A stretch of DNA of 64,000 nucleotides from Vicugna vicugna (taxonomy: Eukaryota): the NCBI GenBank assembly GCA_013265495.1, contig MU058531.1, forward strand, positions 674,678 to 738,677, read 5' to 3'. Below the pieces are notes generated by a model, which was not told the origin of the DNA, searched no databases, and was given only the letters and a program-made list of their open reading frames with translations. A program made the translations under genes and the position numbers. Positions 48,446 to 62,381 of this stretch are shown here, piece by piece. Positions within the stretch are counted from its first letter, which is position 1. Each line of letters opens with the position of its first letter.

Positions 48446-49850
48446 TTCATAGGCAAGTATGCAAAAACATGCATAATATGTAAAATGGCTTTGTATAAGA
48501 GAAGAAGGAATGGTGTACACTGGATACGCCTCACCTGAAGGCAATCGTACTACTTTAAAATACTAAACCAGCCAAACCAACGCATCTCAGGCCTGACTCG
48601 GTGTGAGGGAATTGGTCTAGAACCCCTGCCCTATGGCATTCCACTGTCTAGTTAGACCAGGTCCACGTGACATAAAGCAAAGAGTGGGGGTGACTGCCTG
48701 AGTCTGTGCTAGATAAGAACCCTAGATAATTCAAGATATTTTTTGCATCATGAAACAAAATGATAAATCTCCATCCAAATTCATGCAATCTGCTTCCTAC
48801 ATGCTTTAAATACCTGGCCGTGGGAAATGACCCAGTTTTGATACTTCCTCTGTTGACTCTTTCAAATTCAACTCTTAAGCAGCCAGTAACAACAGGAGTC
48901 ACACCAACACGTGCCTCATCCTACACTCCTATTTTATGTCTCTTTTTTAGCCATTACACCTGGTTGACTTGGAGATCCTCCAGGGATGGCATCTGTTTTC
49001 ATCGTCTCCCTTGAAACCCAGGGCCCCGGTTGTTGATTTGCAAATGCTGATAAAAACCCAGACTGTGCTTGTCTCGTAGCTTTGCCACCATATGCCAAAT
49101 CCAATCACGTCCCATAGTTGGCAGGGAAAGGAATGAAGAAATAGTTAATGCAAAGATACCTGCCTTGGCACCACTGAGGGGTGGTGGGTAAAATATAAAA
49201 CCTGCCTACTTATCACCTTTGCCTAGTCTGACTGTTACAACTGCTAACATGGAAAGTGGCTTTTTAAAATGAGCACTAGGGGTGCCTTCTCCTGAACCCA
49301 CATCCCAGTTGCTATAATGCAGATCTGTCTCCATAAGCAGGATTGAGTTTTAAGCATGAAAAGCAACAGTGTCCTTGAGGTGATGACACTGAAGGGTGAG
49401 CAAGAAATAACAGGCAGGGAGAAGAGAGATAAAAACCGGGCGAACAGAAGATGAAGTCATCATCTGTCCATATGGCTGATGGAGTGGGTGCATGGGAAAG
49501 CAGCGAAGGGGTGATTATTTAGTCTCAGATCAAAGAAGGAAAAGGCTTGTCTCAGTCCCTTTCTGGTTACTAATGAGGTGAAAGTGCTAAAGGGAAGAGA
49601 GTCTCAAGCCCGTGGAGCCGTTCCTTTATTGAACTTGAGATTCTGAGTAATTATTTATCCAATAGATAGAAGGAAATAATCATTGTCATATGCCATATTT
49701 TCAGAAAGGAAGGAAACTCCTCACCACTGAGTCTCACCCCACTGAATCGGCTCTTTTGTCACCAAAGCTACACCCATATGGCCACTAAGACTAAGTGGAG
49801 AATGTATTGGTATAAATGCGGGTTAGGTAGTTTTTTTTTTTAACTCTTAG

Positions 49851-50347
49851 TGTACATTTTTCCTACTGTTGTTGTAAAAAAAACTACCACAAATTTAGTG
49901 GTTTGAAACAATGCAAATGTATTATCTGACAGCTCTGGAGGTCAGATGTCTGAAATGAATTTTATGAGCCTAAAATCAAAATGTGGGTAAGATTGAATTC
50001 CTTCTGGAGACTCTAGGGGAGACTCTTCTCTTGCTTTTCCGTCTTCTGGAGACCAACTGCATTCCTTCACTTGTGGCTTCGTCCTCTGTCTTCAAAGTAC
50101 ATCGTTATTCCACCATCTGATTCTGTTCTCACATCTCCTTTTTCTAACTTAGACCCTCTTGTCTCCCTCTATGAAGACCCTTGGGGTTACACTGGGGTCC
50201 CTAGGTAATGCAGCATCATCTCCTCACCTCAGGATCCTTAATTTAATCATATCTGCAAAGTCCCTTTTTCCAGGTTAGGCGACATGCTCCCAGGTTCTGA
50301 GGACTAGGATGTAGACATATTTGGGGGCTGTTATTCTGTCTAGCACA
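49851..50347 (-). mobile_element. MLT1D-like MaLR LTR (near full length)
   Basis: taccacaaatttagtggtttgaaacaa; ccttctggagactctagggg; atctgcaaagtcccttt; ttattctgtctagcaca. Confidence 0.92.
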
Positions 50348-51559
50348 GATCTGTCAATAAAGGCTTCATTCCAGAAGCTACAAACCCAAATATCCACAGA
50401 AGACAGGCAGATAACAAATGAATGAAACAGACCAAGGCATGGTGAAAGGGAGGTGACATGGAGAGTGGATAGCATTCTAAGGCATTTGGATTTTAAGAAA
50501 TCACATGTAATTACCCTGTGGGCAAAACAAAGGATGTCTCTGGTTCATGCCTGCCTGTTTGCAACCATTGCTTTAAACTAAAGATGTGCTCTGGTCTCCA
50601 AGAGCCTCTTTTGCTCAAAGAAGAAAGACACCTGTTAAAGAGCCACGTGCACACCACAGCCAATTACAGGCTGGCATGAATGCCATGAAGAGGCTGAAAT
50701 ACAAGAATATACTAAAAACAAGAACGAGGTTTAGAGCCTGTGTTAGCTGAGACCCACTGAGGACTAACCGGAAGAAATAGGCCAGGAAGGAGGCTGACAA
50801 CTGTAGGAAATAATGGGATAAATTAAAAAGGTGGCCCTGTTCCCAGCAGGCTCAGAAACAGTTCTCTGGCTTGGAGGCAGATGAGAGCCTGCTAAGCAGT
50901 CTGCAAGGATTGATGGCCCGTACCTCTTTGAAAGTAGCATTTAGTACTATGACATTATAGCACAAGTTCCAAGGACACAGACAAAGAGTAGCAATGCCAT
51001 GTTTCTGCTGGGCTTCATCTTAGAGGGCTTCTGCCAACTCCTGAGGTTTAGCATGTGTTTTAAGGGAGGTGGGGTGTCGTGTATGACTTTGTGAGGATGT
51101 GTCGAGTATCTGGCCATGCGAAGAACTGGATTCACCATCATTTATAGAACCCCAGCTTAGCAGACACTCTGAAGCCTGTATCAAAATTGGAATACATATC
51201 AAAGTTTTATATAGATTTAGATCAGAGCTCATCAAGAAATAATCCCAAGAGATCAGTGCCCATGTTCACATACGCAGTATCTAATAGATGTAATGTGTAA
51301 TAGGGAGAAACAAAAGATGTATAATTGGTAGAGGAAGGCAACTGGGGCAGCTTATGCATGCGGGGAGCAGCAGAGTTCAATTCAAATTCATATGGGGAGG
51401 GGAACAAGCCCTTTTATTTAAAAACCAAAGTAAACAAACGGGTAAGTACATGGACTTTTGGTTATGAAAGGGAAGGTCCCATTCTTGCTTAGAAGGGAGA
51501 AGTCGAGAAAAAGATAAATTTATTTGCACACAAAATACAACAGAAATGTAAATGTGTAT

Positions 51560-51645
51560 GCGAGAGAAAGTCAGACAGGCAGAAAGAAGAAAGAGTGACA
51601 AACAGAGAGAGAAAGATGCAGAGAGAGAAAGACAAAGACAGAGAA
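51560..51645. repeat. GA-rich low-complexity tract
   Basis: gagagaaag/acagagagagaaaga degenerate repeats. Confidence 0.7.
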
Positions 51646-53777
51646 CCTGCTTTAGTGAATGATTTGTATTCAGTAGGGGTGAAATTATAACTCAGCTTTT
51701 TTCTGTTGTTCTATACCACTGCCTTCCAACAAGTTTTGTCAATCATTTTCTTGCCTCTGGATGAAATCTCCAAAACATAAAATAGCTTTTCCTGTCACTC
51801 TCACATAAAAGTGAATAGTCTCGCTTAATATAAAATGCTCCTTTTAGTCCAGCCTAATAGCAAAGCCTATTTTCCTGTGTACGTCCAATCTCCTTCCCTA
51901 CCATTTTGCACCCAGGGCTGACTGAGGCTTGGAGAGCTGTAGTGGGGGAAGGGAGCTGGACCAATCTCTGGACTTTGCTGTGGTTCTCCTCTTCTTCTCC
52001 CAACTAGGTGGTCTCTGGTTTTTCCAGGGCTCCAGAGGAGAGAGATGAAGAAGAAAAGACTGACTTGACTGTATGGTTGCCCCTGACATTGGCGGGCTCT
52101 GAGCAAGCTGTCCCCTTCCTCCCTTTCCTCTCTCCCATTCATGATCTCTCATGGGCACTAATGTGGAATCTTCAGAAACCTCCATTACTCTGCATGTCTC
52201 ACCTGCTGTTCCCTTGTCACAGGAAATACCACCCCTGCCAGCTTCAGCTGGTTGTTCATGACTCTCCCCTCAGCCCCAGCATCCAGCAGTTTACCCCTCA
52301 CACACCCCACCCCCTCATGAGGTCACCATACTCATCAGGAGATCCTTTAGGGCAAAGTCTTTCCAGATGGCCCATGTTCAGCTCCTACATCACTTTACAT
52401 CTGGCCCATGTCTGGATGAGCAGACCATTTTGAATGCAGCCCTGTGTCTTTGCTCTCCTGTGACAAATAGTTCCCCTTAAGCTCTCTCCTCTATAATTTT
52501 TGGGTATAAATCAGGTTCCTAAATATCAGCAGCCACAGGTCAAGCTCTCCAGGTGGTTTCCTAATGCATTTGTCAGGAGAAGTGAGGTCAGAGTTACACT
52601 CTTCTCCTCACCCCTCTCTTGTATACCTTCCTGCCCACAATGTTAGCATGCCCTGTACAGATGATCTGTTCTCGGTCTTTGGAATATTCCCTAGAACGTC
52701 TACAGAGAGGGAAAAGCCACAATTAATACCCTATTAGATATACCTAGGTAATGGTTGGCTGAGAAATAAGGAAATGGAGCCCTAGAATTCAAGGAAGAAA
52801 GATGAAAGTAGAGCAGGAGTTTTGTGCCACAAAGCAACAGGCAGGTACTAAGAGAGCTGATTAATAATGGTGGAGGGGCAAGAAACTTTTAGGTGAGTAA
52901 TGACTGGCATTTGATTTTTAGTTGTTTCTGCTTGTGGGCAGAAATGCCCTCCACTATCCCCAAAGCTTCAAGACAATTCTGTCACCATATTAGCATCAAA
53001 TTAGTGCAGCACTGCTTCAGATAACAATGGAGAATATTTTTCATTTCCATGTAGGAGAGAGGGGACAAGACAGAATTGGAGTAGGCAACATCAGTGGTGA
53101 AGTGATAGTAGCAACTTCTCAATGACCCAAAGCAGGAAGTTATAGGCAACTTTAGGCTGGAGTTAGCCTCTCTTCTTGGGAAGCTGGAGAAATACTGAGT
53201 CTTAGACTTCTGGTTATTTAAGTTGGAAGTTTGAATTATTTCAGGTGAACGTCAAACAAGGTTCCTTCAAAAGGCTAGAGAGCTTGGAGAATTCAGGACA
53301 CATTTGACTAAGGCAGTATTCCCTATCTTTTAAAATTTCGAGTGTAAATTTGAGTTAAGTGTGTTTGATCAAACTTCAAAATCTTCTACAATTATTGAAT
53401 AATAGTAATAGAGCAACACAGATACTTTCAAGAACTTGAAATCATCAAGGCATGAACTATGCATCTACCAGCACAAATCTTGCATATTTCATTGACAGTG
53501 GGAGAGATTTAAAGATTAGACTTAGATTAGATAAGTTCTCCCTCTGAACTTATTCGAGTCTCTATAATTTAAGTGTTTAATTACATGACCCTCAAACTTC
53601 CACTGCCTCCCAGTCCCACTTTAAGGATGAAAAAGAGATTAGGATCAGACAAAAGCAAAGGACAGGAAAACAACCAGTTTTCCCAGGACTCCAGAGGTCT
53701 CTTGCAGAGGTCTTGCTATGGGCAGTATGCAGAGATGAGCTTGGTCCTTGTCCTGCATTGCCATATGAGGGCCAGCT

Positions 53778-54119
53778 GTGCCTGTGTCTTTTTGAGTTAG
53801 AGTTTTCTCCAGGTATGTGCCCAGGAGTGGGATTGCTGGATCATTTGGGTAAGTCTCTTTTTAGTTTTTAAAGGAATTTCCTTACTATTTTCCATAATGG
53901 CTGCATCAAACTACATTCTCATCTACAGAGTAGGAGGGTTCCCTTTTCTCCACACTCTCTCCAGCATTTGTTGCTTGTGGACTTTTGAGTGATGGCCATT
54001 CTGACTGGTGTGAGGTGATACTTCATTGCAGTTTTGATTTGCATTTCTCTGAAGATGAGTGATAGTGAGCATTTTTTCATGTGCCTATGGACCATTTGTT
54101 TGTCTTCATTGGAGAGATG
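53778..54119 (-). mobile_element. Internal L1 ORF2 C-terminal (Cys-rich) fragment, truncated at both ends
   Basis: ORF 53919-54128(-) [31 protein letters not shown]...[13 protein letters not shown]. Confidence 0.95.
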
Positions 54120-54704
54120 GAAAAACAAGTAAGGTTTAAAGAGTCTCTTGGAAATACAGTCTCAAGGCAAAGAGAATCAGATGACCTGTGGAGGTAATCC
54201 TGAAGTAGAAGGATGCCCTAGAATCTTTGCTCTTACATGTTCCTGCTTAGGGAGCCAGTCTCCGTAAGGAAACCAGACTCTGCCCCACTGGCAATGCAGG
54301 ACCCTCACTGAACAAAGCTTCCTCACACTCTTTTCAGTATTTTATGTTGATACTTTCTGCCTTCCTACAATATCTTATTCCCTGACTTACAACCTCACTT
54401 ACCTTCCTCTCTAGAAGGAATCCAGCAAGATACACAGATAAAACAGTAGAAGATACCCTATCTCTTAAATAGATGCAAACTCTTTCTTGTATCTGACTTA
54501 CCTCACTTTCCACAATAGCAGGCTCAGCAATGTACCTCCAGAGTAAATCTGCAGCCTTTCTACAACTATGCTGAGGGTGTAGAAGGTCCTCTGCATGCTC
54601 TCTGTGGCTCTAGGCATGGCAAGATGGAGTGGGAGGAATGCAAGGGACTCAAATTTTAAGGTTGCAATCATGTAAAAGAACTGTCCCATGTATATAAATT
54701 TTAT

Positions 54705-55270
54705 ATTTTCAATTAGTTTATTTAAACATTTATGCAGTGCCATGCACTTGGTATCCAGAGATGAATAAGTCTCTCTGCTCTCAAAGAACTCATTGTCCAG
54801 TGGGGAACACAAACACATAAAGAAATAATTTCAATGCAGTGAGCGAAAGGTTAATTGAAGTATAAACATGGTCCCGCCATAGAATTGTTTGGAAAATTGT
54901 ATCTATGGTGTCAGGGAAGGTCTCAGAGCTAAGGTGACATTTGAGCAATTTTAAATCAAGATAGAAATTCACTGCTTGGGAAGAGGGACAGTGGAGGAGG
55001 GTGTGAGGAGTGATGCTTAGGGGAAGGAACAGAGGCATAACTCAGCATAGGAGTTTTGAGAAAGTGTGAGATACTTGGTATTCCTCCAGAAATTTATGAG
55101 AGTGGAAATGAGGCTAGGAGTTAGGCAGGGTCAAATCAAAACTGATTCCTATTGTTAAGGTTAGAGGTTTGAACTTCATTCAGTAGATAACAGGTAAAGA
55201 ATTTAAGTAATATAATGTAAAGAACATATTTGTGTTTTTAAAAGATATATTTTATAGTATTGTGATGTGG
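54705..55270 (-). mobile_element. L2 3' region
   Basis: tttatttaaacatttatg; ctctgctctcaaagaactc; gtcagggaaggtctc...aggtgacatttgagc. Confidence 0.8.
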
Positions 55271-55434
55271 AAGTTATTTTGGTTTGTAACTCCTAAGTAA
55301 AATTAATACATGAAGGATGGTATTCGTTTTAGGATTATTCTACCCCATTATTTATAATGCTGTAAATTATTATTTTGCAATGTATTTTCTTCCCTTATTC
55401 TAGTCTTTCCTGATATATCAACAATATACAGCAT

Positions 55435-55630
55435 ACAGCTCTGGTGCAGTGGAAATGGGGCTGAAACTGGAGTCAGAAAACTTGGCTCTGAGTCCCTACT
55501 CTTCCTCTTTCTAGCTGTGTGACTCGCACACTTAACTTCTCTGAGATTCAGTTCCCTCATTAGTGAGAGGAAGATATTGATAGCTACCTTCTGGTTTGAT
55601 GCAAGGATTAAATTAAGAACAAGTGAGATA
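55435..55630 (+). mobile_element. MIR
   Basis: ctggagtcagaaaactt...ctagctgtgtgact...cacttaacttctctgagattcagttccctcat. Confidence 0.85.
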
Positions 55631-57174
55631 CCCCTTGAACTTAAAAGCTCCCCCAGGACTCATTCCTAGGGATTCTAATTTATAAACTCTAGCATGTATT
55701 TAGGTGATATTTAACAGACATTGCTGATGCTAAACTGGCCAACTTGTATCTCTGCCTTTCTTTTCTGGATAAGAGTATTGAGGCTCAGAGAATGGAAACT
55801 AGTGCTGGTGCTAGAACTAAAGCTGAGATCCCTAAAACTCTTCATTGTTATAATTCAGAAATGGTCCTCTGCGATGGCTTCATCAAAAGCAAACCAAAAC
55901 TTCATTCAAAATTAAAACTTATAGTGTATTAATATGCATGGAAAGAGATTCTATTCCTTGATCCAAATGGGATTGGTTTGCTATTTAAGTAAAGGAGAAG
56001 CGCTAATGGTTAGTAGACAACATATTCCAGCTTCTTCTCCTCTTAACAAAAAAAATTAGATCTCTTCCTTACTCATCACAAACTATACTGTAAGCTGATA
56101 ACCAGTTCTGGTGTCAACCACTGATTAAAGACTGATTGTTGGAAATGAAAGAAACATCTTGACTGAATGATAATCCTACTAAACAGAAATATATGCATTC
56201 CTGACTTAACACATACGCACTTTTTGCTTGAGTTTTCAGTAGCAAGACTCTAGATAAATCTGTCATACATTAGCAGAAAGAAAAAGAAAAACTTTCTGAA
56301 AAAGTACGGGGCCTCAGTTCTCAGAAAGAGACTGTTTTTTAATTGATGAAGATTCTAAGATTAAGTTGGATAGAATAAATGAGTCTAAATAAAACCATTC
56401 AGGTGGAAAAGAGGAAATTTCTTTGTTAGAACTATAATAAAAATTCAAAGTAAGAAGTCCCATTTCAGAGAAAATGGTAGGTTAGATTATCAAACTGATC
56501 CTCTTGCAGAAGAAAAACTAAAAATACTGGATAAAATGTACTTCTTAAAAACTCCTCTATAGAACAGAAGAGTTTAGAAGATAGTAAGAGATAAGCAGTT
56601 GAAATACTAAGGAAAAGCATGAAATCTGAAGTGTAACTGGAGCAATTAAGCTGCTTTTGTTCCCATGGCATTTACCAAACCTTCCACAATTAAGCTCCAG
56701 ATTCAACAACATTACACAGAGAATGTCAAACCTAGAGCTTTCCTAAGGTAGAGAGACCAGTAGGAGACACACTTAATATTCAAATGGAACCAAAGAGAAG
56801 TAACCTCTCAGGTAAAAATGAACCAGAATTAAATATGTGCCCCAACTATTCTCCCACCCATCCCCAAAGGGAATTGCAAGGAAAGTTGTACTACAGAGAA
56901 GGGGAAAACAATCAAACAAACCAAAAACAAAAGCAAAACAAAAACACTGGAACATTTTTTTTTAAAGCCAGTTGTCAAGCAGATTTGCATATATAAACCA
57001 TAAAACTTCATCATCATCAAAAAAAATAAATCCCTCAAAAAGTGACCCCAGAGAAGACTTGTCCCCAATGACCTGCTGGAAGTGAAAACAAATTGTCTCT
57101 GGGGGAATGAGTTTTCATACTAAGCCTCCATGTGTTATTACAAATAAACATTTTCAAGGACAAAGAGTTAGTGA

Positions 57175-57348
57175 AAGAATGGATTACAAATGAGCATGAG
57201 GAAACTTTTGGAGAGGGTCATAGAAATGTTGGTTTCTTGATTGCTATGATGGCTTTATGGATGTGCCCATCTGCCAAAATTCATCTATTGTGCATTTTAA
57301 CCTATACAGTTTATTATACGTCAATTATAACTCAACAAAGATTGAAAA
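57175..57348 (+). mobile_element. Old L1 3' end (L1MC/ME)
   Basis: gcatgaggaaacttttgg...cagtttattatacgtcaattataactcaacaaag. Confidence 0.8.
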
Positions 57349-58249
57349 GCAACAATAGCAAGTAACAAACAGATATGGAAGATAAAGAGGTTGCAGAGGA
57401 CAATTGATGGAATTATTTAGCCATCACTGGAAAGCTTTTGTAAAAAAGTATGAATGAAAATCTCTCAGGCATTTTAGAGACAGTTATTTTCTGAAGAGTA
57501 AACTGAACGTCATCTCAGTTCCTTTATCTCTGTGATTGGAATCTATGGCCTTTACCTTTATGAAGATTGACACATTCCATACATTCTGTAACCCAGGGAA
57601 GAGATTCCCTATGAAAAATCATTTCTTTTTTAAACACTAGCTACTTTATAATTCCACTATATCTCCTGCTTGCATAGTTTTACATGATTTTTCCAGTCCT
57701 CTTTCAAAGTAAAGACAGTGGTTTAGATGCTCTAGACATCCACAGTCAATTATTTTAGTACCTTTAGCTGTTTTTGTTTTTAAATACTTACTGCTTTTAG
57801 CAAACAGGAAAAAAAAATGTGATGCTTCTGAATTCAATGAATCAATAAACTTGAAAGGCCACATGTACACAAGCACAATTCATTTGTCTTCTCTTTTTAA
57901 TCAGAAGAATGTTTTAATTCAGAAAAGGCATCACATGAAATAGTGCTTCTTTTGAGTTTGTATATCTTGGTAAGACAGTAATTATAATTCAGTGTATAAA
58001 ACATTAAATTTGGTTGTTACAATTTATTAAATGGTGTTCATTTGTTCCTGTAGTCAATATTTTAAAAAGTTTTAGCCTGTGTTTAAATTTGTGATACTGT
58101 AATATATTAGTGATGTGTTATACTGTGAGCTTTAAAATCATACTGCAGTGTTCTTAAAACACACACACAGATTGTACAGTTCACACCTCTCTGCAATGTC
58201 AGAAAATTTATAAATGAACATATCGTAAATTTGAATTCAGAAATAAAAT

Positions 58250-58830
58250 TCCAATGCCTTATTCTCCCTTTTATCACCTATTGGAACTCCAAAAAATATT
58301 TTAGAACTTCCCACTCTGTCTTCCATGCCTCTTAACCTCTTTTCCATCTTCTCCGTCTTTTTGTCTCTATGTGTTACATGTCCGGTGTTTTCTCCTCAGT
58401 TACCTTTCAGGTTACTAATTCCTGTTTAGATTTTGCCTAATATAATGCTATATCTACTTTTTGAGTTTTCATTTGAGTTAATGTCATTTTAATTGATAGA
58501 ATTTCTTGTTGGTCATTTAAAGTCAATTAGGTCACTTTTTATTGTTTCCTTTACCCTTTGGTACTGTTTTACATCAAAATTCAAGTTGGTAAATTCCCTC
58601 CAGGCAAGAGCAGCTTTGGATCAGTTTATCTTTCTGAATTTGCACTGTTCTTTCCATTTAAACAACGTAATTCTTTGCTATTTCATCAGCTTTTTGATGA
58701 TTTTCAATTATACTTTAAAAAAATACTTTCTCCAGCAATTTTTCTTTGTTATGTGAGGGTGCGGTATATATTCAGATAGCAATGGAGGGGCTGAAAATCC
58801 GGCCCATCACTATAGGAAACGGAAGTCTGA
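58250..58830 (-). mobile_element. Ancient L1/HAL1 ORF1 and 5' region
   Basis: cttccatgcctcttaacctctttt; ttcaggttactaattc; terminal cggaagtc as seen at old L1 5' ends. Confidence 0.55.
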
Positions 58831-59934
58831 AAATTGTTTGAACAATTTAAAAAATATAAAACACACACAATTTGTACCAGTTGGGTTATTTGGGGTATAC
58901 ATCAAATCACATGTGTGATTTGTTACCCAATCTATTGTTAAACCCTTGTAAATACTAAATATCTAGAATAACCATTTTCAATCTATTTTTTTTTTTGGTC
59001 AAACACACAATATTTGACTATTTTAAAACTGATAGTAAAACTGCAAACTAAATATCCAAGCAAACTAATTCTCTTTCTAAGGTTATCTACAAATCCTGTC
59101 CCTATGGCAACACAAGCACTTCTCAAGATTTCTTCCTTTACACTACATATTTTGCCAGTCATGAATTTTTCAAAGCAATACTTTAGGCATTTATTTTGTA
59201 ATTAAATCAATTACTTTATTGTTAACCCAATTTTCACTTCTGTCCTCGCAAAGAATTCTTAAAACATATTGATGAACAGAAAAGTAAAACATTGTTACAA
59301 CTAGTCATTTACAAGAAAATAAAATAGACTGCTTCTGAAATGACAATAATATAATGTATAAATAAACATGTTTCTAAATTTAATTGTTAGCTTTTATAAA
59401 ATGGAAATCTTCACTAGTAATAACAGTGTGATTTTTTTTCATGTATTCTTATTATGTCAAAATGAAGGCTTGAACTTGAAACTAAGTCGGTCCCATCTGG
59501 CTGATATTCACATATAACAAATATTGACAATGACTAGAATATTTCAAAAATGCTCACACATACATACAAACATAGGGATGGTTGGCTATAACTGGATCAA
59601 CAAGTCATATCACCTCAAACTACAGATTTCTTGTTTTCCCTTCTTATTAGTCTCTACTAACCTCTGTCCTTAACACATGGCTTAAAAAATAACAAAGGGT
59701 AACTCAAATTTCAAATAATTCTCTTTCTCGTTCCCTTGTAGCTATGCATTTTAATTTATCCCAGAGTTCTCAAATGGGCCTTAAAAAGTTCAGTGATAGA
59801 AGATATAGAAGATATTAAAATTATATTTATAACTCATTCCCCTATAAAACTCCAAACATACTCTTCACAATTGAGGGACATAAAGCACCCCAGAAGAATC
59901 TGAAAAAAAGATCTAGAACTCACCAATATACACA

Positions 59935-60004
59935 CTGTCAAAAGCTAGACATATCTGGGTTCAAATCCTAATTAACCGTGTGACCTTGAGCAAGTTGTTG
60001 ACTC
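59935..60004 (+). mobile_element. MIR 5' half (appears to resume at about 60445)
   Basis: ctgggttcaaatcc...gtgtgaccttgagcaagtt. Confidence 0.75.
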
Positions 60005-60445
60005 TGCATCAATCAGAGTTTGGTCAGGAAAGCAGAAATTGCTTAAGGTATTTCAAATAGAACGAGATGTCATATAGAGATTGGAGAGTTACAAAACCAT
60101 TGGGATGACTAGTGAAGCAAGGGTCAGGAAGTCATAGCCAGTGTTCAAGAAATCAGGAGGAGGAGGAATCACAGGAAATTGCCACTGCTGATTCACAGGC
60201 TGACACAGGAAAAGCACTCATCAACCACACGTCGCAACCTCGGCAGTCTATGTGCCTGAGCCACTGCGTCACGGCCACTTCTTTTCTTGCAAGTGCCCTT
60301 GTTGGCAGCATGTAACCGGGCACCCTGCTGTTAAGAATTCTGGGGAATACAGTACAAAGCTTTCAGCCTCTGCAACACAGGGAAGAGAAGAGCAGGGGGT
60401 GAGTGCTGCTCAACTGCCGACAGAAAATCTAGCACACTCCATACA
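60005..60445 (-). mobile_element. Ancient LTR (family uncertain)
   Basis: tgcatcaatcagagtttggtcaggaaagcagaaa...ggtatttcaaa, an antisense LTR terminus; interrupts a MIR. Confidence 0.55.
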
Positions 60446-61399
60446 TCTCACTGTCTTAAAATGTAACAATACTGTCAAGAATAAATCAAAATTGCAGATG
60501 GAGCTCCTGTTCACATATTCCTTTCTAGGTCAAATCTCCTAAAGTGAGAGAAAACACACATATATGTAACTACACATGTTTTTTGAGATATACCTATAAA
60601 TAATATAAATTGACATAGCTTTCAATGACAGACATAGATAAAACATAATGAATGGGACAGGAAGACAGAAATTGTGAAGAACCCTTGAAAGATAGAAAGC
60701 ATATGTGATGAAATTGATAACAGCTGTGACACACAGCTCAAACGCATTCAGGGCACTATCACTGTAAAGACTAAAAACAGAATCTAAATTGGACTGAAGA
60801 AAAATTAAAGCAGAAAAGTGTTCCAGAAAATCATTAGGGTAAATCAAATAAAGAACTGAACTGAGGAAAAAAGACCGGGCCCTTTCACCTTTGCAATGTG
60901 TGACAGACCCAAGTTTTTGACAAGTTTGGTTGATTTCTATCAGTGGTATGAGATTGGTTTTTCATTATCACTTTAAAAATATTTTTGTGAAATTTGATTA
61001 ATGTTGATACAAATATTGCTATCCAAGCTTTTTAAATTCAGCATCTAGTAATAGATCGCTTAAAAATAACTTTTCTGATTTTCTTTAAAATACACAGTAC
61101 AGCCTTTGATGGTGATTATACAATTAAACAAAAACATCTTTTATCTGTTACAAAGGTTTATTTCGGAGCTATTTAAGGGGGAAAAGTTTAACAATTCAAC
61201 TGAAAGGGGGTGTATATCTATCTCATGTTGTGTCCATTCTAAGTGGGCCATTCTTTTAAAATTTGGTAACCAGTGCCATAACCCCATTCCTACTCCTTTT
61301 CGAGCTCTTTCCTTTTTATCAGTGAGGAAACTGAAGACGAGTGTGTCTTTGACATGGGAGTGGGCAGCTGACCTCACCTTACCATCAAAATATCTTTCC

Positions 61400-61630
61400 T
61401 AAGTATTTGTTGCATGCTTTCAAAATGCCAGGCTATGTTGAGATTTTTAAATACAAAATCTTATTTAATCCAAATAATAAAATGGATACTATTATTATAC
61501 CCCTTTCACAGATCATAAAACTGAGATTAGGAACCATAAAGCAAGTTACCTAATGTCACACTGTTAAAATTGACCAAGTTAAGACTCGACCATCAACAAG
61601 TTTTCAAAGCTTGTGTGTTTATTTGCTGGG
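61400..61630 (-). mobile_element. MIR
   Basis: actattattatacccctttcacagatcataaaactgag...cctaatgtcacac. Confidence 0.8.
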
Positions 61631-61654
61631 CCAATGTTTCTTAAACAGGGTATC

Positions 61655-62002
61655 TGCAATGGTCTGAATTTTTGTGTCCCTCCAAAATTCGTTTGTTGAA
61701 ATTCTAACTCTCAAAGGTGATGGTATTAGTAGATGGTGCCTTTGGGAGATGATTTAAGTCATGAGGGTGGAACCCTCATGAATGGGGTTAGTGCCTATAA
61801 AAGAGGCTCCAGAGAACTCCCTACCCCATCCACCGTGCAAGGATACAACAAGCCTGAAACTTGGAAGGTAGTCCTCACTGGACCATGCTGACTCCCTGAC
61901 ATCACACTCCCAGGCTCCAGAACTGTGAGAAACAAATTGGTGTTGTTTATAAGCCACCCAGTCTGCAGTATTTTGTTATGGCAGGCCAAAATGACTACAG
62001 CA
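61655..62002 (+). mobile_element. MLT1A-like MaLR solo LTR
   Basis: tgcaatggtctgaat...tgtccctccaaaattc; ctccagaactgtgagaaac; TG..CA with 5-bp TSD gtatc / gcatc. Confidence 0.93.
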
Positions 62003-62381
62003 GCATCCATGTACCTCCAGGGTCAGCTGTCTTTTTCCTCAAGGTTCTGCAAGTCTAGGTATATTTTTTCTTTCATTTGGATAAAAGCACATCCTGTGAA
62101 TTAGCTGGACAAGCCCTTCCCAGTGGCCTCCTGGCAGGTGATTACAGGGCCCACATTTGCATTTGTATTTACAACTAAGTTCACACCAAATGAAAGCCAA
62201 ATGAGGTTGGAACTTGCTGGTGGATGAGCTTCCAACAGTTTGCAGAGAAAATCTGGACACACTGAGTCATTCCATGACAAATGTTGGTAGAGGAATGTCA
62301 ACTGTGAAAAATCTGCGTGGTAGCCATGTCTCCTGAAATTTACCTTCAGCCTCTAAAAATCTGTAATTCTGATGGATTACC

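Noticed and set aside
54395..54570. Two - strand GTAAGT donors (about 54402 and 54501)
   Set aside because: No convincing acceptor or recognisable coding sequence; expected by chance.
61759..61781. Hairpin tcatgagggtggaaccctcatga
   Set aside because: As I recall, an intrinsic feature of MLT1A/MST LTR consensus sequences.
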